64,000 nucleotides of DNA from a virus. The translations under genes were made by a program, and so were the position numbers. The notes below the pieces were generated by a model. It saw nothing but the letters and a program-made list of their open reading frames with translations, searched no databases and had not been told where the DNA came from. The stretch is taken from positions 10,239-74,238 of IMG/VR virus record IMGVR_UViG_3300050821_004765, one strand, 5' to 3'. Positions 8,990 to 18,423 of this stretch are shown in pieces; within the stretch, counting starts at the first letter, position 1; every line of letters starts with the position of its first letter.

Positions 8990-9640
8990 TCATGCGATAC
9001 TCACAATTGCATCTAGATATACGGCCCGAAAGCCAGTTTCTTTGTTGTCTACAAAATTGACGATATCGCGACCATTGCGCGTAATTCCATTTACTTTAGC
9101 TACATATGCAGACTCTAGCAGACCGCTCTGTGAGTTCAGCCAGCTAATCGTCGTACCCCGTAGCGCGCGGACGACCGCCGAATCATCGCCCGCGAGTACC
9201 GGCGCAATCGCGCTACGGGCGATGCGGAGCGCTTCGCCGGTCGGGGCTACCGCGCTCGCTAAATCGTCGCTTACAAGCGCGCCTACGGTCGTGTTCCGCC
9301 GATTAATCCGTCTGGTCTGCTTCTGTACTTGCTTAGCAAGCCGCTCAGTATCAGGAGCCCGCAACGCGATCGACACGCACGCCGACACATTTTGCAGCTT
9401 CTGCTCGTGCCCAGCCAATACGTACCGCGGGGGATTCGCTGCAGTAATTGCGCCATTACCAGGCTGCCACCAAATCTCGATGACCTCGTCTTCACCCCGC
9501 CGAGCGAATACGTGCACCATACCAATCTCATCTTCTTTGACCTTGGCTTCCCAGCCATTGTCTTGAATTGTCTGGATAAACTTCGCAGCTTTTTCTAGTC
9601 CGCTTCGCCCTGCGGAAATGTAACTTGACTTGGTGCGCAT
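8990..9640 (-). CDS. hypothetical protein
   Basis: 216 aa; AGAAGGG SD; first gene after the promoter at 9690-9718. Confidence 0.75.
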   Translation of the reverse strand: MRTKSSYISAGRSGLEKAAKFIQTIQDNGWEAKVKEDEIGMVHVFARRGEDEVIEIWWQPGNGAITAANPPRYVLAGHEQKLQNVSACVSIALRAPDTERLAKQVQKQTRRINRRNTTVGALVSDDLASAVAPTGEALRIARSAIAPVLAGDDSAVVRALRGTTISWLNSQSGLLESAYVAKVNGITRNGRDIVNFVDNKETGFRAVYLDAIVSIA

Positions 9641-9689
9641 TGTAGACCCTTCTGGTTGGCGGAACTTCGATACTTTTGGCTACGCTTCT

Positions 9690-9718
9690 ATTATACCGGA
9701 CCAGACCGCGCTAGTCTA
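9690..9718 (-). promoter_or_regulatory. SigA-like promoter TAGACT-N17-TATAAT
   Basis: Reverse complement of attata-ccggaccagaccgcgct-agtcta. Confidence 0.8.
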
Positions 9719-10105
9719 GCCCGGCTTATTGTCTTTATTTGCAACTTCTGTTGGCCATGCCGATAAGCGATCAAGATCGACCATGGGTTCGCCGCAGCAT
9801 GGGCACGGTCTGTCTGTAACATGATAGGACTGTAATGGTGACTCGCGTAATTCAACACCCGACATATCAAGTCGAACTTTGCTGCCGCGTACGCCAAAGC
9901 AACCCATCATCTTTGCTATTTTGATATGTCTACAATTTTGCAAGCCATATTCACCACTGTACTGGTAGGCGGGGCAATTACAGCTCGCCGGCAAATTTTG
10001 TCCGTGAAATTGCACAAGATACTTACGGTGCGCCGTTGAGCTTGGCACAAGGAAATTGCTGTACCATTGCGGACAGCGGTAGCCGAGTTCGTATGGGGTG
10101 ATCAT
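9716..10105 (-). CDS. SWIM zinc-finger protein
   Basis: SCNCPAY...NCRHIK (CxC-n-CxH), plus C-terminal CPCC; ATGA overlap with the upstream gene. Confidence 0.7.
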   Translation of the reverse strand: MITPYELGYRCPQWYSNFLVPSSTAHRKYLVQFHGQNLPASCNCPAYQYSGEYGLQNCRHIKIAKMMGCFGVRGSKVRLDMSGVELRESPLQSYHVTDRPCPCCGEPMVDLDRLSAWPTEVANKDNKPG

Positions 10106-10314
10106 GCTTCCTGCCAAGTGAATTTCCTAAGTGTGGGTTGCGCTAGGAATGGCATGTTTTTTAACTTGATGAAAACATCAATTGTTTCAGCTGCATCATA
10201 AGATGTAAATGTGAAAGTTTCACCACCAATAATTGCCTTGGATGGAAAATTCCACAAACTGATCGTGCCAAGACTAGTTGCACTAACAGTAATTTCATAC
10301 TTTACTTCATTCAT
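10102..10314 (-). CDS. hypothetical protein
   Basis: 4-nt overlaps at both ends. Confidence 0.6.
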   Translation of the reverse strand: MNEVKYEITVSATSLGTISLWNFPSKAIIGGETFTFTSYDAAETIDVFIKLKNMPFLAQPTLRKFTWQEA

Positions 10315-10736
10315 CCGATCACCTCAATGGTGTCCCAGTTACGCTTGCCGCAGAAGTCTAGCAACGTTGGCCAAATCATCCTGCTCTTTCTGGAGTCACT
10401 CCGGCTGCCATCCTGGGTGAGATACCAATAAACACCACGCTTAATGGCGGCATAAGTATAGACATTATCGGCAATATAATGCGAGGAATTGCTTGCTGTA
10501 CCTCTCATATATAAACGTGAAAAAGTAGTAGTAAAGCGCACTACGCTGCCATTTGCTTCAGGTTCTACCGGAGTAGTAAGTGCAAGCAATTCAGCTTCTG
10601 CACGTTTAATTGCATCTTCATGGGCAGCCAAACGCTCTTCTGCATTTTTGGCTAATTTGCTGTACTTATCCAGTTCAGCCTGCCATGCAGCAATCTGCTG
10701 CTCTTTGTCAAGTTTTGCTTTGGTCGTGCGTGCCAT
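10311..10736 (-). CDS. hypothetical protein, N-terminal coiled coil
   Basis: AAGGAG SD; coupled to neighbours. Confidence 0.7.
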   Translation of the reverse strand: MARTTKAKLDKEQQIAAWQAELDKYSKLAKNAEERLAAHEDAIKRAEAELLALTTPVEPEANGSVVRFTTTFSRLYMRGTASNSSHYIADNVYTYAAIKRGVYWYLTQDGSRSDSRKSRMIWPTLLDFCGKRNWDTIEVIG

Positions 10737-11941
10737 TAGCCCAGCTCCTTTTGGTTATTCTTATCTACTTCACCGTCATTGCGGAGGTTGACCTTATTTG
10801 CTACATCGACGCCACGTTGCCACGCGGTCGGGTCACCGGCTGTGCTCCGTGTCCGAATTTTCTTGTAATTGCGCATTGCCTTTTCCTTAGCAGCTTCGGC
10901 TTCCGCTTTGCGACGTGCTTCTTCAGCGACCACGTACGCCTGTTCTTCTGGCGACATTGCCATGAAGAGCAACAGCTTTTTGGCTTTCTCTGCCGCCTCT
11001 TCCTTGGCAATGTTCTCGGGGTCATATTGCGGGAATAACCGATAGAATTCCGCCTCAACTTGCTCTTTAGTATCCTTCACCGCGAGCGCAAACCGGTCGC
11101 GATCAGCGATAACTTCACCATCACGAGCCCGCAAAGCCTCTTCACGAATTTCTCGCATACGCCGGCAAATTGTGTTGCGATAGCTCTGTGCAAAACTTGC
11201 CTTATAGACATTGTGTCGGTTTGTTTGACCGGCGTACTCGATGCCGGCGTGTTGGCAATAGTTCTTCACGGCGCCACGCAACCCGTACATGCCCTTAGTT
11301 TTGGCTGGGTCTGGGCATTCAATCAACTTACCAGTTAGCACATCCATGTAATCCCATTCAGCGCCAATATTATTCTGCATACGAATTTTATATGCATATG
11401 CGCGGTGCCAAATTTCATGCCAGGTGTACCCCGCCTGCATAAAGTTGTAGGCATTTTCGCCAAGCTGGAAGCTCTGCCCTTGCCACTGCGGGTTTAGGTT
11501 GGTAACAAATGCTTTGAAGATATTGAACCAAATGCGTTCGGCATAGGCAATATCTTCGGGGTACCCCAGTATAGTGATTTTTCGGGTTTCATAGTCAATA
11601 GTGCCATCTTCGCGTACGGCATATTCGAAATTTGGCACCTTTTTCAGATTGCCATGTTCGACTACTGCTGTCATGAGGTAGACGATGTGGTAGGCATAAC
11701 TACTGCTATTATAGCTATCTGCAGCACTAAAATTGACAAACCACTCCGTCTGAATGATCTTGGACTTCTCTTCTGGCTTGAGGTCCATGCGATCAATCAT
11801 GTGCTTGGCCATAAGGCGCTCAGCACGCTCAGCAGCCAGCGCTGCCTCTGCCGGCGGGGTACTGGGGTTATTGGCAACTTCTAGCAACTTCATGATGCGA
11901 TTCATGGTGTTGCGAGTAGCAGCAGATTCTGTTGAGGTCAT
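10736..11941 (-). CDS. DUF2786-domain protein
   Basis: N-terminal RIMKLLEVANNP..PAEAALAAERAERLMAKHMID signature. Confidence 0.75.
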   Translation of the reverse strand: MTSTESAATRNTMNRIMKLLEVANNPSTPPAEAALAAERAERLMAKHMIDRMDLKPEEKSKIIQTEWFVNFSAADSYNSSSYAYHIVYLMTAVVEHGNLKKVPNFEYAVREDGTIDYETRKITILGYPEDIAYAERIWFNIFKAFVTNLNPQWQGQSFQLGENAYNFMQAGYTWHEIWHRAYAYKIRMQNNIGAEWDYMDVLTGKLIECPDPAKTKGMYGLRGAVKNYCQHAGIEYAGQTNRHNVYKASFAQSYRNTICRRMREIREEALRARDGEVIADRDRFALAVKDTKEQVEAEFYRLFPQYDPENIAKEEAAEKAKKLLLFMAMSPEEQAYVVAEEARRKAEAEAAKEKAMRNYKKIRTRSTAGDPTAWQRGVDVANKVNLRNDGEVDKNNQKELG

Positions 11942-11942
11942 G

Positions 11943-12182
11943 CTATTTAACCTTTACTGTAACGACACGTAACTTCCAGTTGCTTGGCCACTCAAAGGTG
12001 AAATCAGCCCGGGAAAATTCTTTTCCCGTTTCTTGAGCCATAACAATTATTTTTCTTCCGGATGGATTTAAGTTAATAACTTCCCATATCATACCAATGT
12101 TTATGAAATAATCTCCAGGCTGTAATTCATTTACAGGTATTTGTTCTGTTGTTATGCCCAATTCAACATTGACAGCGCCCAT
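11943..12182 (-). CDS. hypothetical protein (SH3-like)
   Basis: PVNELQPGD motif; coupled to neighbours. Confidence 0.6.
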   Translation of the reverse strand: MGAVNVELGITTEQIPVNELQPGDYFINIGMIWEVINLNPSGRKIIVMAQETGKEFSRADFTFEWPSNWKLRVVTVKVK

Positions 12183-12439
12183 TAGATTAGCTCCACTTCT
12201 TTAAAATTAACCCACATGCTATCTAGTGTGTCACCGTCGACTTCAAAGCCCAATTCATTTTGGTCTGCATCTATGTCGATCACATGACCTTCAACACCAA
12301 TGAATTGGGTTTGTACAATATTCTTGTCAATGATATCTTTGTGCGCATAGATTTCTTTGTCTGTCTTGAGCAATTCACCATCTTCAGTCAAGTAGGCAAC
12401 AACTTTGACGCGATCGCCAATTTCAAATGTCATTATCAA
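12182..12439 (-). CDS. hypothetical protein (SH3/KOW-like)
   Basis: FEIGDRVKV...EVELI pattern; start uncertain. Confidence 0.6.
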   Translation of the reverse strand: MIMTFEIGDRVKVVAYLTEDGELLKTDKEIYAHKDIIDKNIVQTQFIGVEGHVIDIDADQNELGFEVDGDTLDSMWVNFKEVELI

Positions 12440-12505
12440 CTACACTTTCTGGTTCCCCAAAGATTTCATAGAGCAACCACTCGGCTGAGCCTTCTTCATA
12501 GGGGT

Positions 12506-13204
12506 TCATTTGTTGTTACCGTTGTACTTGTGGATAACGTCTGCGGCACGGCGCATTTCATCGAATTTCTCGCCGAAGTTGCGGCTGCCGCAAATTGGGC
12601 CGATACCGAGCGCGATACTAATTTCGTCAGTAAGCGTTCGACCGCAAATAACGCAAACCCCGTACAACTTACCAAACTTGGCTGCTTCTGCCATTGACAT
12701 CTTGTGCTCTGGCCGAATATTACGGATTGCGCTGGGTGCGTTGCGGAAGCTTGCCTTGGCCCGGTAGCGATCAGGCACCAACTTCTTGGCATATTGGTAG
12801 CCGCTACCATTCACCGCATGCTGAACTTTGTAAATGGTACCGTCAACCACATACAGACCGTCTTCGATGGGCCGACGCGGCGACCGTGCAACTTGCTCCG
12901 GCGCAGACTTGGCTGGCATACGCAATAGCTGGTCAATGAACTTGCTGACATCTACTTGCGCATAGCTCTGCAGATTAAAGATTTGCTCATCAGTATGAGT
13001 GCCCATCATGTTGACCAACCCAAGGAACAAACCCCGCCAGTCTGGCGGCATGCTAGCGACCATGTTGCCATAGTCGCGCTGCCGAGTAAGGTCGCGCATG
13101 TACTTGATACTGCGTACGCTCGCCGGATTTGGCTTAGTGGGTGCAACCAGTGTGGCGGCGTCGTCAAAGTTTGGTTCGTACATGCTTGAGTCGCTAAGTG
13201 TCAT
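12506..13204 (-). CDS. DUF6011-like zinc-binding protein
   Basis: CVICGRTLTDEISIALGIGPIC motif. Confidence 0.75.
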   Translation of the reverse strand: MTLSDSSMYEPNFDDAATLVAPTKPNPASVRSIKYMRDLTRQRDYGNMVASMPPDWRGLFLGLVNMMGTHTDEQIFNLQSYAQVDVSKFIDQLLRMPAKSAPEQVARSPRRPIEDGLYVVDGTIYKVQHAVNGSGYQYAKKLVPDRYRAKASFRNAPSAIRNIRPEHKMSMAEAAKFGKLYGVCVICGRTLTDEISIALGIGPICGSRNFGEKFDEMRRAADVIHKYNGNNK

Positions 13205-13440
13205 GATTCGGTCTCAAGTTCCTCTGTGGGGAATATAAGTGGTGCAAGATCACCGAGAAATTCTGATAGCACTGGGTCTGGCATATCCTTGAACGCATAG
13301 AACCATTCTAGCCATTTTGCCCGTACCGGCTCTAATGCTTTGCGGGCAGCGGTAACAGCATAAGCATATTGAGATGATTTGCTGCCGCCAACCAAAAGGT
13401 TGCACGCTGTATTTGCCGCTTCTTCTGCTGGATCTACCAT
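13201..13440 (-). CDS. hypothetical protein, paralog of 15347..15580
   Basis: Shared DPAxEA...AAR...P.R...LAPLI pattern. Confidence 0.7.
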   Translation of the reverse strand: MVDPAEEAANTACNLLVGGSKSSQYAYAVTAARKALEPVRAKWLEWFYAFKDMPDPVLSEFLGDLAPLIFPTEELETES

Positions 13441-13491
13441 TATGCTAACCTATCTGCTCTGGTGGCCCCGGCTCTATTGGCCGTTACCTTA

Positions 13492-13520
13492 ATTATACCT
13501 TGGCAGTCCGGTCTAGTCTA
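13492..13520 (-). promoter_or_regulatory. SigA-like promoter TAGACT-N17-TATAAT
   Basis: Reverse complement of attata-ccttggcagtccggtct-agtcta. Confidence 0.8.
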
Positions 13521-13751
13521 GACTACAATAGGATAAAGTTCTATACCATTTTCTTGAGACGCGATAGCGATTGCTCGTTTACGAATTTCCTCTGCTGTCA
13601 TGAACGAGTCCTCACCCACATCCAACTTGACCCAATGTGCGGGCATGTAAACGCCCATGAATCTCATGCCTGTTGTACGCATAATTACAAATGGTTCTTT
13701 GCCATCTGCGACTAACAGCATGCGGTAAGCTTTATCATGTTTGTTAAACAT
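13518..13751 (-). CDS. hypothetical protein
   Basis: ORF in packed operon. Confidence 0.6.
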   Translation of the reverse strand: MFNKHDKAYRMLLVADGKEPFVIMRTTGMRFMGVYMPAHWVKLDVGEDSFMTAEEIRKRAIAIASQENGIELYPIVV

Positions 13752-13752
13752 G

Positions 13753-13977
13753 TCAACCTAGATGGCCATAGAAGTAGCCGCACCAAAAGTGCGCAAAACA
13801 CTTTTGTTCATCTGTGAGCTTTTCTGACTCAAAGATAATTTGCTGCGCTTTACTAGTGGCATTAGCATTGCCACTTGGGTACCGAACTACTTCTTCTTCG
13901 GTGTAGCGGTGGTAAATGACAATATCACCCCCAATATTTTGTACCAACCAGTCGCCGTCAGGCGGAAGTTGTGCCAT
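13753..13977 (-). CDS. hypothetical protein
   Basis: Start MAQLPP preceded by AAGGAG SD. Confidence 0.65.
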   Translation of the reverse strand: MAQLPPDGDWLVQNIGGDIVIYHRYTEEEVVRYPSGNANATSKAQQIIFESEKLTDEQKCFAHFWCGYFYGHLG

Positions 13978-14278
13978 TAGTCTGCTCCTTGCTGAATGGG
14001 TTGGTGAATAAGATGTCATCTATGTGGACAAACTGGCGCCACTGTAGGTGGTGTCTTGGCGGTGCTGCCCAGAGCAGCACTTGCATTTGGTCGCCGGCAT
14101 CCCGGTGGAGATCTATTGCAGGAGCAATGTAATCTTCACCCGGTGCAATGCTGGCGGGGTAATGCTCTGCTGAAAATACCACCCAACAATCTGGTTCTGG
14201 TTCAGGGAGACTGCCCGCCAAGGTCATCATATTGCCAATAGTTGGCATTGCTGGCTTACTAGTTGTCAATCCGGCCAC
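13958..14278 (-). CDS. hypothetical protein
   Basis: Fills the gap between neighbours. Confidence 0.5.
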   Translation of the reverse strand: MAGLTTSKPAMPTIGNMMTLAGSLPEPEPDCWVVFSAEHYPASIAPGEDYIAPAIDLHRDAGDQMQVLLWAAPPRHHLQWRQFVHIDDILFTNPFSKEQTNGTTSA

Positions 14279-14628
14279 ACTCCTTTCTGGAAGTGTTGTT
14301 CGTCAAATTCGTCAGTTAGCACCCAAACCATTTTTGGGGTAAGGTGTGTTGCACCAGTAGCCTGTACCCATTCTGGTCGAACATTACGCTGTACTGTTTT
14401 GCCGTCACAGATGTATTCAAATGCCGGAGCTAACAATCGACCAAGGATCCAAATGTGCGGAGAAAACCAGCATACTTTCCATGGGTATCCTTCTGGTATA
14501 CCGGCAGTGAGGTCACAATAATTACAGGTAGACACCTCATAGTTTGGGTCGATAGTTGCGCGAATCGACTCAATTATCTTTGCAGTTTCTTCCTTAGTTC
14601 GCGGCATACGCTTAGTATACTCCACCAT
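14266..14628 (-). CDS. hypothetical protein
   Basis: 120 aa with CxxC. Confidence 0.6.
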   Translation of the reverse strand: MVEYTKRMPRTKEETAKIIESIRATIDPNYEVSTCNYCDLTAGIPEGYPWKVCWFSPHIWILGRLLAPAFEYICDGKTVQRNVRPEWVQATGATHLTPKMVWVLTDEFDEQHFQKGVWPD

Positions 14629-14673
14629 TCTAGTTTAGACTATAGGTCGAAATATGGGTTTGCAAACCAGTCT

Positions 14674-15153
14674 TCATCCACCGACTTTGAGGAGGTCGAA
14701 CAGGTAGTTTCCTGTGAATCTGGTGAAACGTCGGATACGCTGCTTGAGGATGCCTCTGATGCTTGGGGTTGCATCCCAAAAAGTGATTCCAGTGATTGTT
14801 TCACGCCCATGTGGTATTGCTCCTATATTGTTGAGATTGCCCCAGTCTGCTAGCGGATCTGGCTCTTGTTGCGGTTGAATAGCCCAATTTGGTGGCTTTG
14901 GCACTTCTTCTATTGGGTCTTGGTAGCTTTCTGCTACTGAATCTGACATGCTGAAATTCCTTGCTTTCATAGTTGCTGCTTGATATTGTGGCATACCTTT
15001 ATGTAATTTTGCATATATTGAATTTGCCGGTACAGTAAAATTCATTTTATCTGGGTACTGGTCGAGGGTGTGTGGCTCTTGTCGCGTTAAATGTGTTCGC
15101 ATATGGTCGCGTAATGGGCTATCATCTGTGTTATATTTGGGATATTTAGCCAT
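14674..15153 (-). CDS. hypothetical protein
   Basis: Start overlaps the upstream stop. Confidence 0.6.
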   Translation of the reverse strand: MAKYPKYNTDDSPLRDHMRTHLTRQEPHTLDQYPDKMNFTVPANSIYAKLHKGMPQYQAATMKARNFSMSDSVAESYQDPIEEVPKPPNWAIQPQQEPDPLADWGNLNNIGAIPHGRETITGITFWDATPSIRGILKQRIRRFTRFTGNYLFDLLKVGG

Positions 15154-15350
15154 TAGACCGCACCACCGGCAAGGGATTCGAGGCTCGCGCTGATCCGATC
15201 CAGCCGTTTCACATCACAGTCGGGGCACCAATACGGACCCCACAATGTGCCAGCGGGTTCTCCGCAATCCAAACAGTTGTGCCCGGAGGATTTCTGACAG
15301 ACGTGACCCTCTGTACCCCAGCAATTCGGGTGGCTTCTCGACTCGCTCAT
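15153..15350 (-). CDS. small zinc-finger protein
   Basis: CLDCGEP...WCPDC; 6 Cys in 65 aa. Confidence 0.65.
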   Translation of the reverse strand: MSESRSHPNCWGTEGHVCQKSSGHNCLDCGEPAGTLWGPYWCPDCDVKRLDRISASLESLAGGAV

Positions 15351-15580
15351 TGGTTGCCATTCAGGTCGTCGTCGGAGTAGATCAACGGGGCAAGTTGGGC
15401 GAGCAGCAGCGGATTAACGCCGCCCTGTCCCGCAACCCACTTCTGTGTCTCTCGCTCGTACCACTCCCGGATCGGCTTGGCCATTTCACGGGCGGCAGGT
15501 AATGCAACGTCATATTCCTTGCCATCATTCGGGCATTGCGCCCATGCACGTTTCACCGCTTCGACGGCAGGATCACTCAT
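15347..15580 (-). CDS. hypothetical protein, paralog of 13201..13440
   Basis: MSDPAVEA...LAPLIYSDDDL. Confidence 0.7.
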   Translation of the reverse strand: MSDPAVEAVKRAWAQCPNDGKEYDVALPAAREMAKPIREWYERETQKWVAGQGGVNPLLLAQLAPLIYSDDDLNGNQ

Positions 15581-15738
15581 TGCATACCCTTCCGATAGCT
15601 GTTGGCTTTACAGCAGCAAACCTGGTTACCGTCATTGTCTTCGAGTGGCCACTCGCCCGCCTCGTAATCACCCATGCAGCTAAAGCAGCAATGCCCTTCA
15701 TGCTGCGGCGCTTCGACGGCAGGATCACGCCCGGTCAT
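15577..15738 (-). CDS. 53-aa Cys-rich protein (not in ORF track)
   Basis: MTGRDPAVEAPQHEGHCCFSCMGDYE...VCCCKANSYRKGMQ; ATGA overlaps at both ends. Confidence 0.65.
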   Translation of the reverse strand: MTGRDPAVEAPQHEGHCCFSCMGDYEAGEWPLEDNDGNQVCCCKANSYRKGMQ

Positions 15739-15902
15739 TGTTCAACCCTAATGTTGGGCACCAGTACATCCAATGGCTTGCCCTTGCGCGAAGCGCAATC
15801 AGGATCATCATGGCCCCCATAACACACCTCATGACACAGGCAATGGCAAAAGATTCCTGTGCAAGTTGGTGTGCCTGATCTATTGCCGCGTCGTTTGGTC
15901 AT
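15735..15902 (-). CDS. 55-aa Cys/His-rich protein (not in ORF track)
   Basis: MTKRRGNRSGTPTCTGIFCHCLCHEVCYGGHDDPDC...; ATGA overlaps at both ends. Confidence 0.6.
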   Translation of the reverse strand: MTKRRGNRSGTPTCTGIFCHCLCHEVCYGGHDDPDCASRKGKPLDVLVPNIRVEQ

Positions 15903-16288
15903 TCTTCTTCCTTTGGCTCTTCAAAGACAAAATTACCGGCGTGAATGTGTGGTGCGTCCGGGTGACCTGGCACTTCACAGGTAGCACTATCTGTTTCATC
16001 AATTAAGATGGGATAATGCTCAAGTAGATACTTAGCTAAAATATTCATGGTTTTGGATGGCGCTACAACTGAATTGCAATGGTATGCTGCATTATGCAAC
16101 TCCATTGCTAGTTCTTTAAAACGCTTGTATTGCCTATCTTTTGCAGCTTCCTCTTTTTCAAGAGTTTCTGCAGCGTTACTTAGTTGGGCTATCACCCAAC
16201 GCCGCGCATTAGCCCAATCACCTGTTGTTGTAAACTCCTTTACTATTTCGGCTGCTTTGCGCAAGTCTTGCGGGGTGTATTCAGGCAT
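15899..16288 (-). CDS. hypothetical protein
   Basis: Start MPEYTP with AGAGGA SD. Confidence 0.7.
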   Translation of the reverse strand: MPEYTPQDLRKAAEIVKEFTTTGDWANARRWVIAQLSNAAETLEKEEAAKDRQYKRFKELAMELHNAAYHCNSVVAPSKTMNILAKYLLEHYPILIDETDSATCEVPGHPDAPHIHAGNFVFEEPKEEE

Positions 16289-16481
16289 TGCTTGGTCCTC
16301 TGTAGATTTCATGGTGTGTAGCTATGCACCAATCTTGGTGTGGGTCATTATCGCAGATTGGGCCAGAATCATTGATGTGAATATGCGGGACTCTTACTTC
16401 ACAACGTTTACAATCTGTTGCGGCCTCTACTTTTGGGCCATTAACAAATTCATATTGAAATTTAGGCATCGTGCTCCACAT
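16281..16481 (-). CDS. small Cys/His protein
   Basis: CKRC..PHIH..C...C pattern; fills the gap. Confidence 0.5.
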   Translation of the reverse strand: MWSTMPKFQYEFVNGPKVEAATDCKRCEVRVPHIHINDSGPICDNDPHQDWCIATHHEIYRGPSNA

Positions 16482-17220
16482 TGAATTTCTCAGTGGCTAT
16501 CATGTAGCCTGTGATATAGTTGACAGGCTGGCGGCTGCTGACAGACTCACAAACCACGAACCCCGCGGAGGGGTCAATGACTTGCCAAAGGCACTTGTCT
16601 GTATTGTAGGTTAGCAAGAGCGCCTCAGTGCCTTGGATAATGTCATCCAGTTCGCCTTTGCCTAGCATAGGGCATTTGTAGCTTTCATGTGGCGGCCCAC
16701 CGTCAACCAACTCCTGGGCGGGGTAATAAATTGTCACGAGGCCTGCTTTCTGGTCTTGTTGTAGCTCATAAAGAACTGTATGAAGGCGGTATGCTAAGCG
16801 CTTTAGTTTGTCCTTGCGGGTTTGCTCTTGGCGGTAGGTGTTAGTTGCTGGTGGCGTGTAGCTATTTGCTAGCTTTTGCTGGTGCACTTTATTGTGATGT
16901 TCGTGACGATCCTTGAGAAATTGCCGCCGAATTGGGCTGATAGCGTCGCTGCCTTCTACTACAAAACGTTGACCTAACCCTTCACCCAACCTACAGCGAT
17001 AATTAGAGAAATGCACCAAGCACAGGTTGGCCCAAACTTGGGTACCAGAGGTAGCAGTGGGTGGCGCTACCGGTGGAGGGATCTTGGCAAATGCATATGC
17101 CAAGACGTGCTTGCCAGTAAACAAACAGTAGTCACAGTTAGGTAGCGCAGGAACTTGTAGCTCGCTGTGGTCTTTTTTGCTGTAGCTACTTGGGTCTGTG
17201 CTTTTGCGTTCTAGTGACAT
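16462..17220 (-). CDS. hypothetical protein with zinc-finger-like N-domain
   Basis: CDYC...WANLCLVH. Start set at MSLERK because a small gene occupies 17211-17315. Confidence 0.65.
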   Translation of the reverse strand: MSLERKSTDPSSYSKKDHSELQVPALPNCDYCLFTGKHVLAYAFAKIPPPVAPPTATSGTQVWANLCLVHFSNYRCRLGEGLGQRFVVEGSDAISPIRRQFLKDRHEHHNKVHQQKLANSYTPPATNTYRQEQTRKDKLKRLAYRLHTVLYELQQDQKAGLVTIYYPAQELVDGGPPHESYKCPMLGKGELDDIIQGTEALLLTYNTDKCLWQVIDPSAGFVVCESVSSRQPVNYITGYMIATEKFNVEHDA

Positions 17221-17315
17221 TGGTGACCGTACACAGACATGATGGATACTGCTGCGACTATGCTTAGTCCGAATACCATAACCATTATCATGTACCACTT
17301 TAAAAACGGACTCAC
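17211..17315 (-). CDS. 34-aa membrane peptide (not in ORF track)
   Basis: AGGAGG SD, GTG start: MSPFLKWYMIMVMVFGLSIVAAVSIMSVYGHQCH. Confidence 0.6.
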   Translation of the reverse strand: MSPFLKWYMIMVMVFGLSIVAAVSIMSVYGHQCH

Positions 17316-17375
17316 ATGTACCTCCTGTAGAAGTAGCCCACACAAAGTGATGCTACGGTGAATACCATTAGTGCT

Positions 17376-18305
17376 CTAGTGGCGATGGCGTCCATTGGTG
17401 TGCCCCACAGTCTTTGCTTTTTGGGTGAGTTGTTTAGTTGCTATCTTGCTGGTTGTTTTGTTAGCGGCCAGCGGTACTGCTGTTGTGATAGGGGCCACCT
17501 TCTTGCTGTAGGCGCTATCAATGACCGGCTTAAGCAGCTTGTTGAGACCGTTAGTAATCTGTGCCGGCAGGAACTTTTGCAATGCGCTAACCAACGGCAA
17601 TGTTGGGGTGGGCACCATGTAGGTTGTGGTAACCCCGCCAAGTTTGTTGGTACTGGTTGTGATATCTGCCTTTGGAATTTGGCTGATGTCTTGTGTGATG
17701 ACGGTCGTGTGCACAGTAGCCGCACCAATAAGCGCGTTGGCAACCGCAAGTAGATAGCCAGGGCTCAGCGGGTTATTTGGGAAGTCTGCTAAGCCGTCAT
17801 ACTGCTTGACATAGAGGCTAAGGTTGTAGGGGGTCACCGGTGTAGCGAGCGGTGTGTAGTTGAGCACTGGGATAAACTTACCAATGAATGGCGTGAGCAT
17901 ACCAGTACCGCGCTCTTCATCTTCGATTTCGACAAACTGAACTTGGCTTTTGGGAATGCCAGCCTTCATGTCATTGACCATAATCTGGTCTGTAACCAAT
18001 GTGCCCTCGCTGATGCTGAGAATAGTTAGGGTTTTGTATGTAGCGTTCGGGTTCCCGACGTTAGCGCTAAGCCACGCCGATTGTAGCGCTGTCACGTCGG
18101 CTACGCCGGTCTGTACGCTCGGCCCTAGGGTAGTCGTCCCCTCGAACGGCGCCAAGCTCGCGTCGTACGCCGCACGCTCGGTAATACCGGGTTGGTAGGC
18201 GTAATTGAAGAAGTCACCAGTTGCTACGCCGTAAGTAGTTGGCTGCGCACTAGCGCCCAGCACGAGAATTGTACTGACCAGTGTTTGGGTAATTGGATCT
18301 GCCAT
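17376..18305 (-). CDS. PE-PPE domain (alpha/beta hydrolase-like) protein
   Basis: SISEG at the nucleophile elbow, QYDGLADFPNNP, ANALIGAATVH, TTYMVPTPTLPL, and LKPVIDSAY motifs typical of mycobacterial PE-PPE domains. Confidence 0.85.
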   Translation of the reverse strand: MADPITQTLVSTILVLGASAQPTTYGVATGDFFNYAYQPGITERAAYDASLAPFEGTTTLGPSVQTGVADVTALQSAWLSANVGNPNATYKTLTILSISEGTLVTDQIMVNDMKAGIPKSQVQFVEIEDEERGTGMLTPFIGKFIPVLNYTPLATPVTPYNLSLYVKQYDGLADFPNNPLSPGYLLAVANALIGAATVHTTVITQDISQIPKADITTSTNKLGGVTTTYMVPTPTLPLVSALQKFLPAQITNGLNKLLKPVIDSAYSKKVAPITTAVPLAANKTTSKIATKQLTQKAKTVGHTNGRHRH

Positions 18306-18318
18306 TATTGGACCTTTG

Positions 18319-18423
18319 TTAGTAGTTTGCGACGTTGATGTAAGATATTGCTGACATTAGCAAGAACAAAAGAACTGATGTAACTGCAAATGCGATAAGA
18401 AATACTTTCCAGAATTCATTCAT
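18319..18423 (-). CDS. 34-aa membrane peptide (not in ORF track)
   Basis: MNEFWKVFLIAFAVTSVLLFLLMSAISYINVANY; ATGA overlap with the upstream gene. Confidence 0.6.
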   Translation of the reverse strand: MNEFWKVFLIAFAVTSVLLFLLMSAISYINVANY

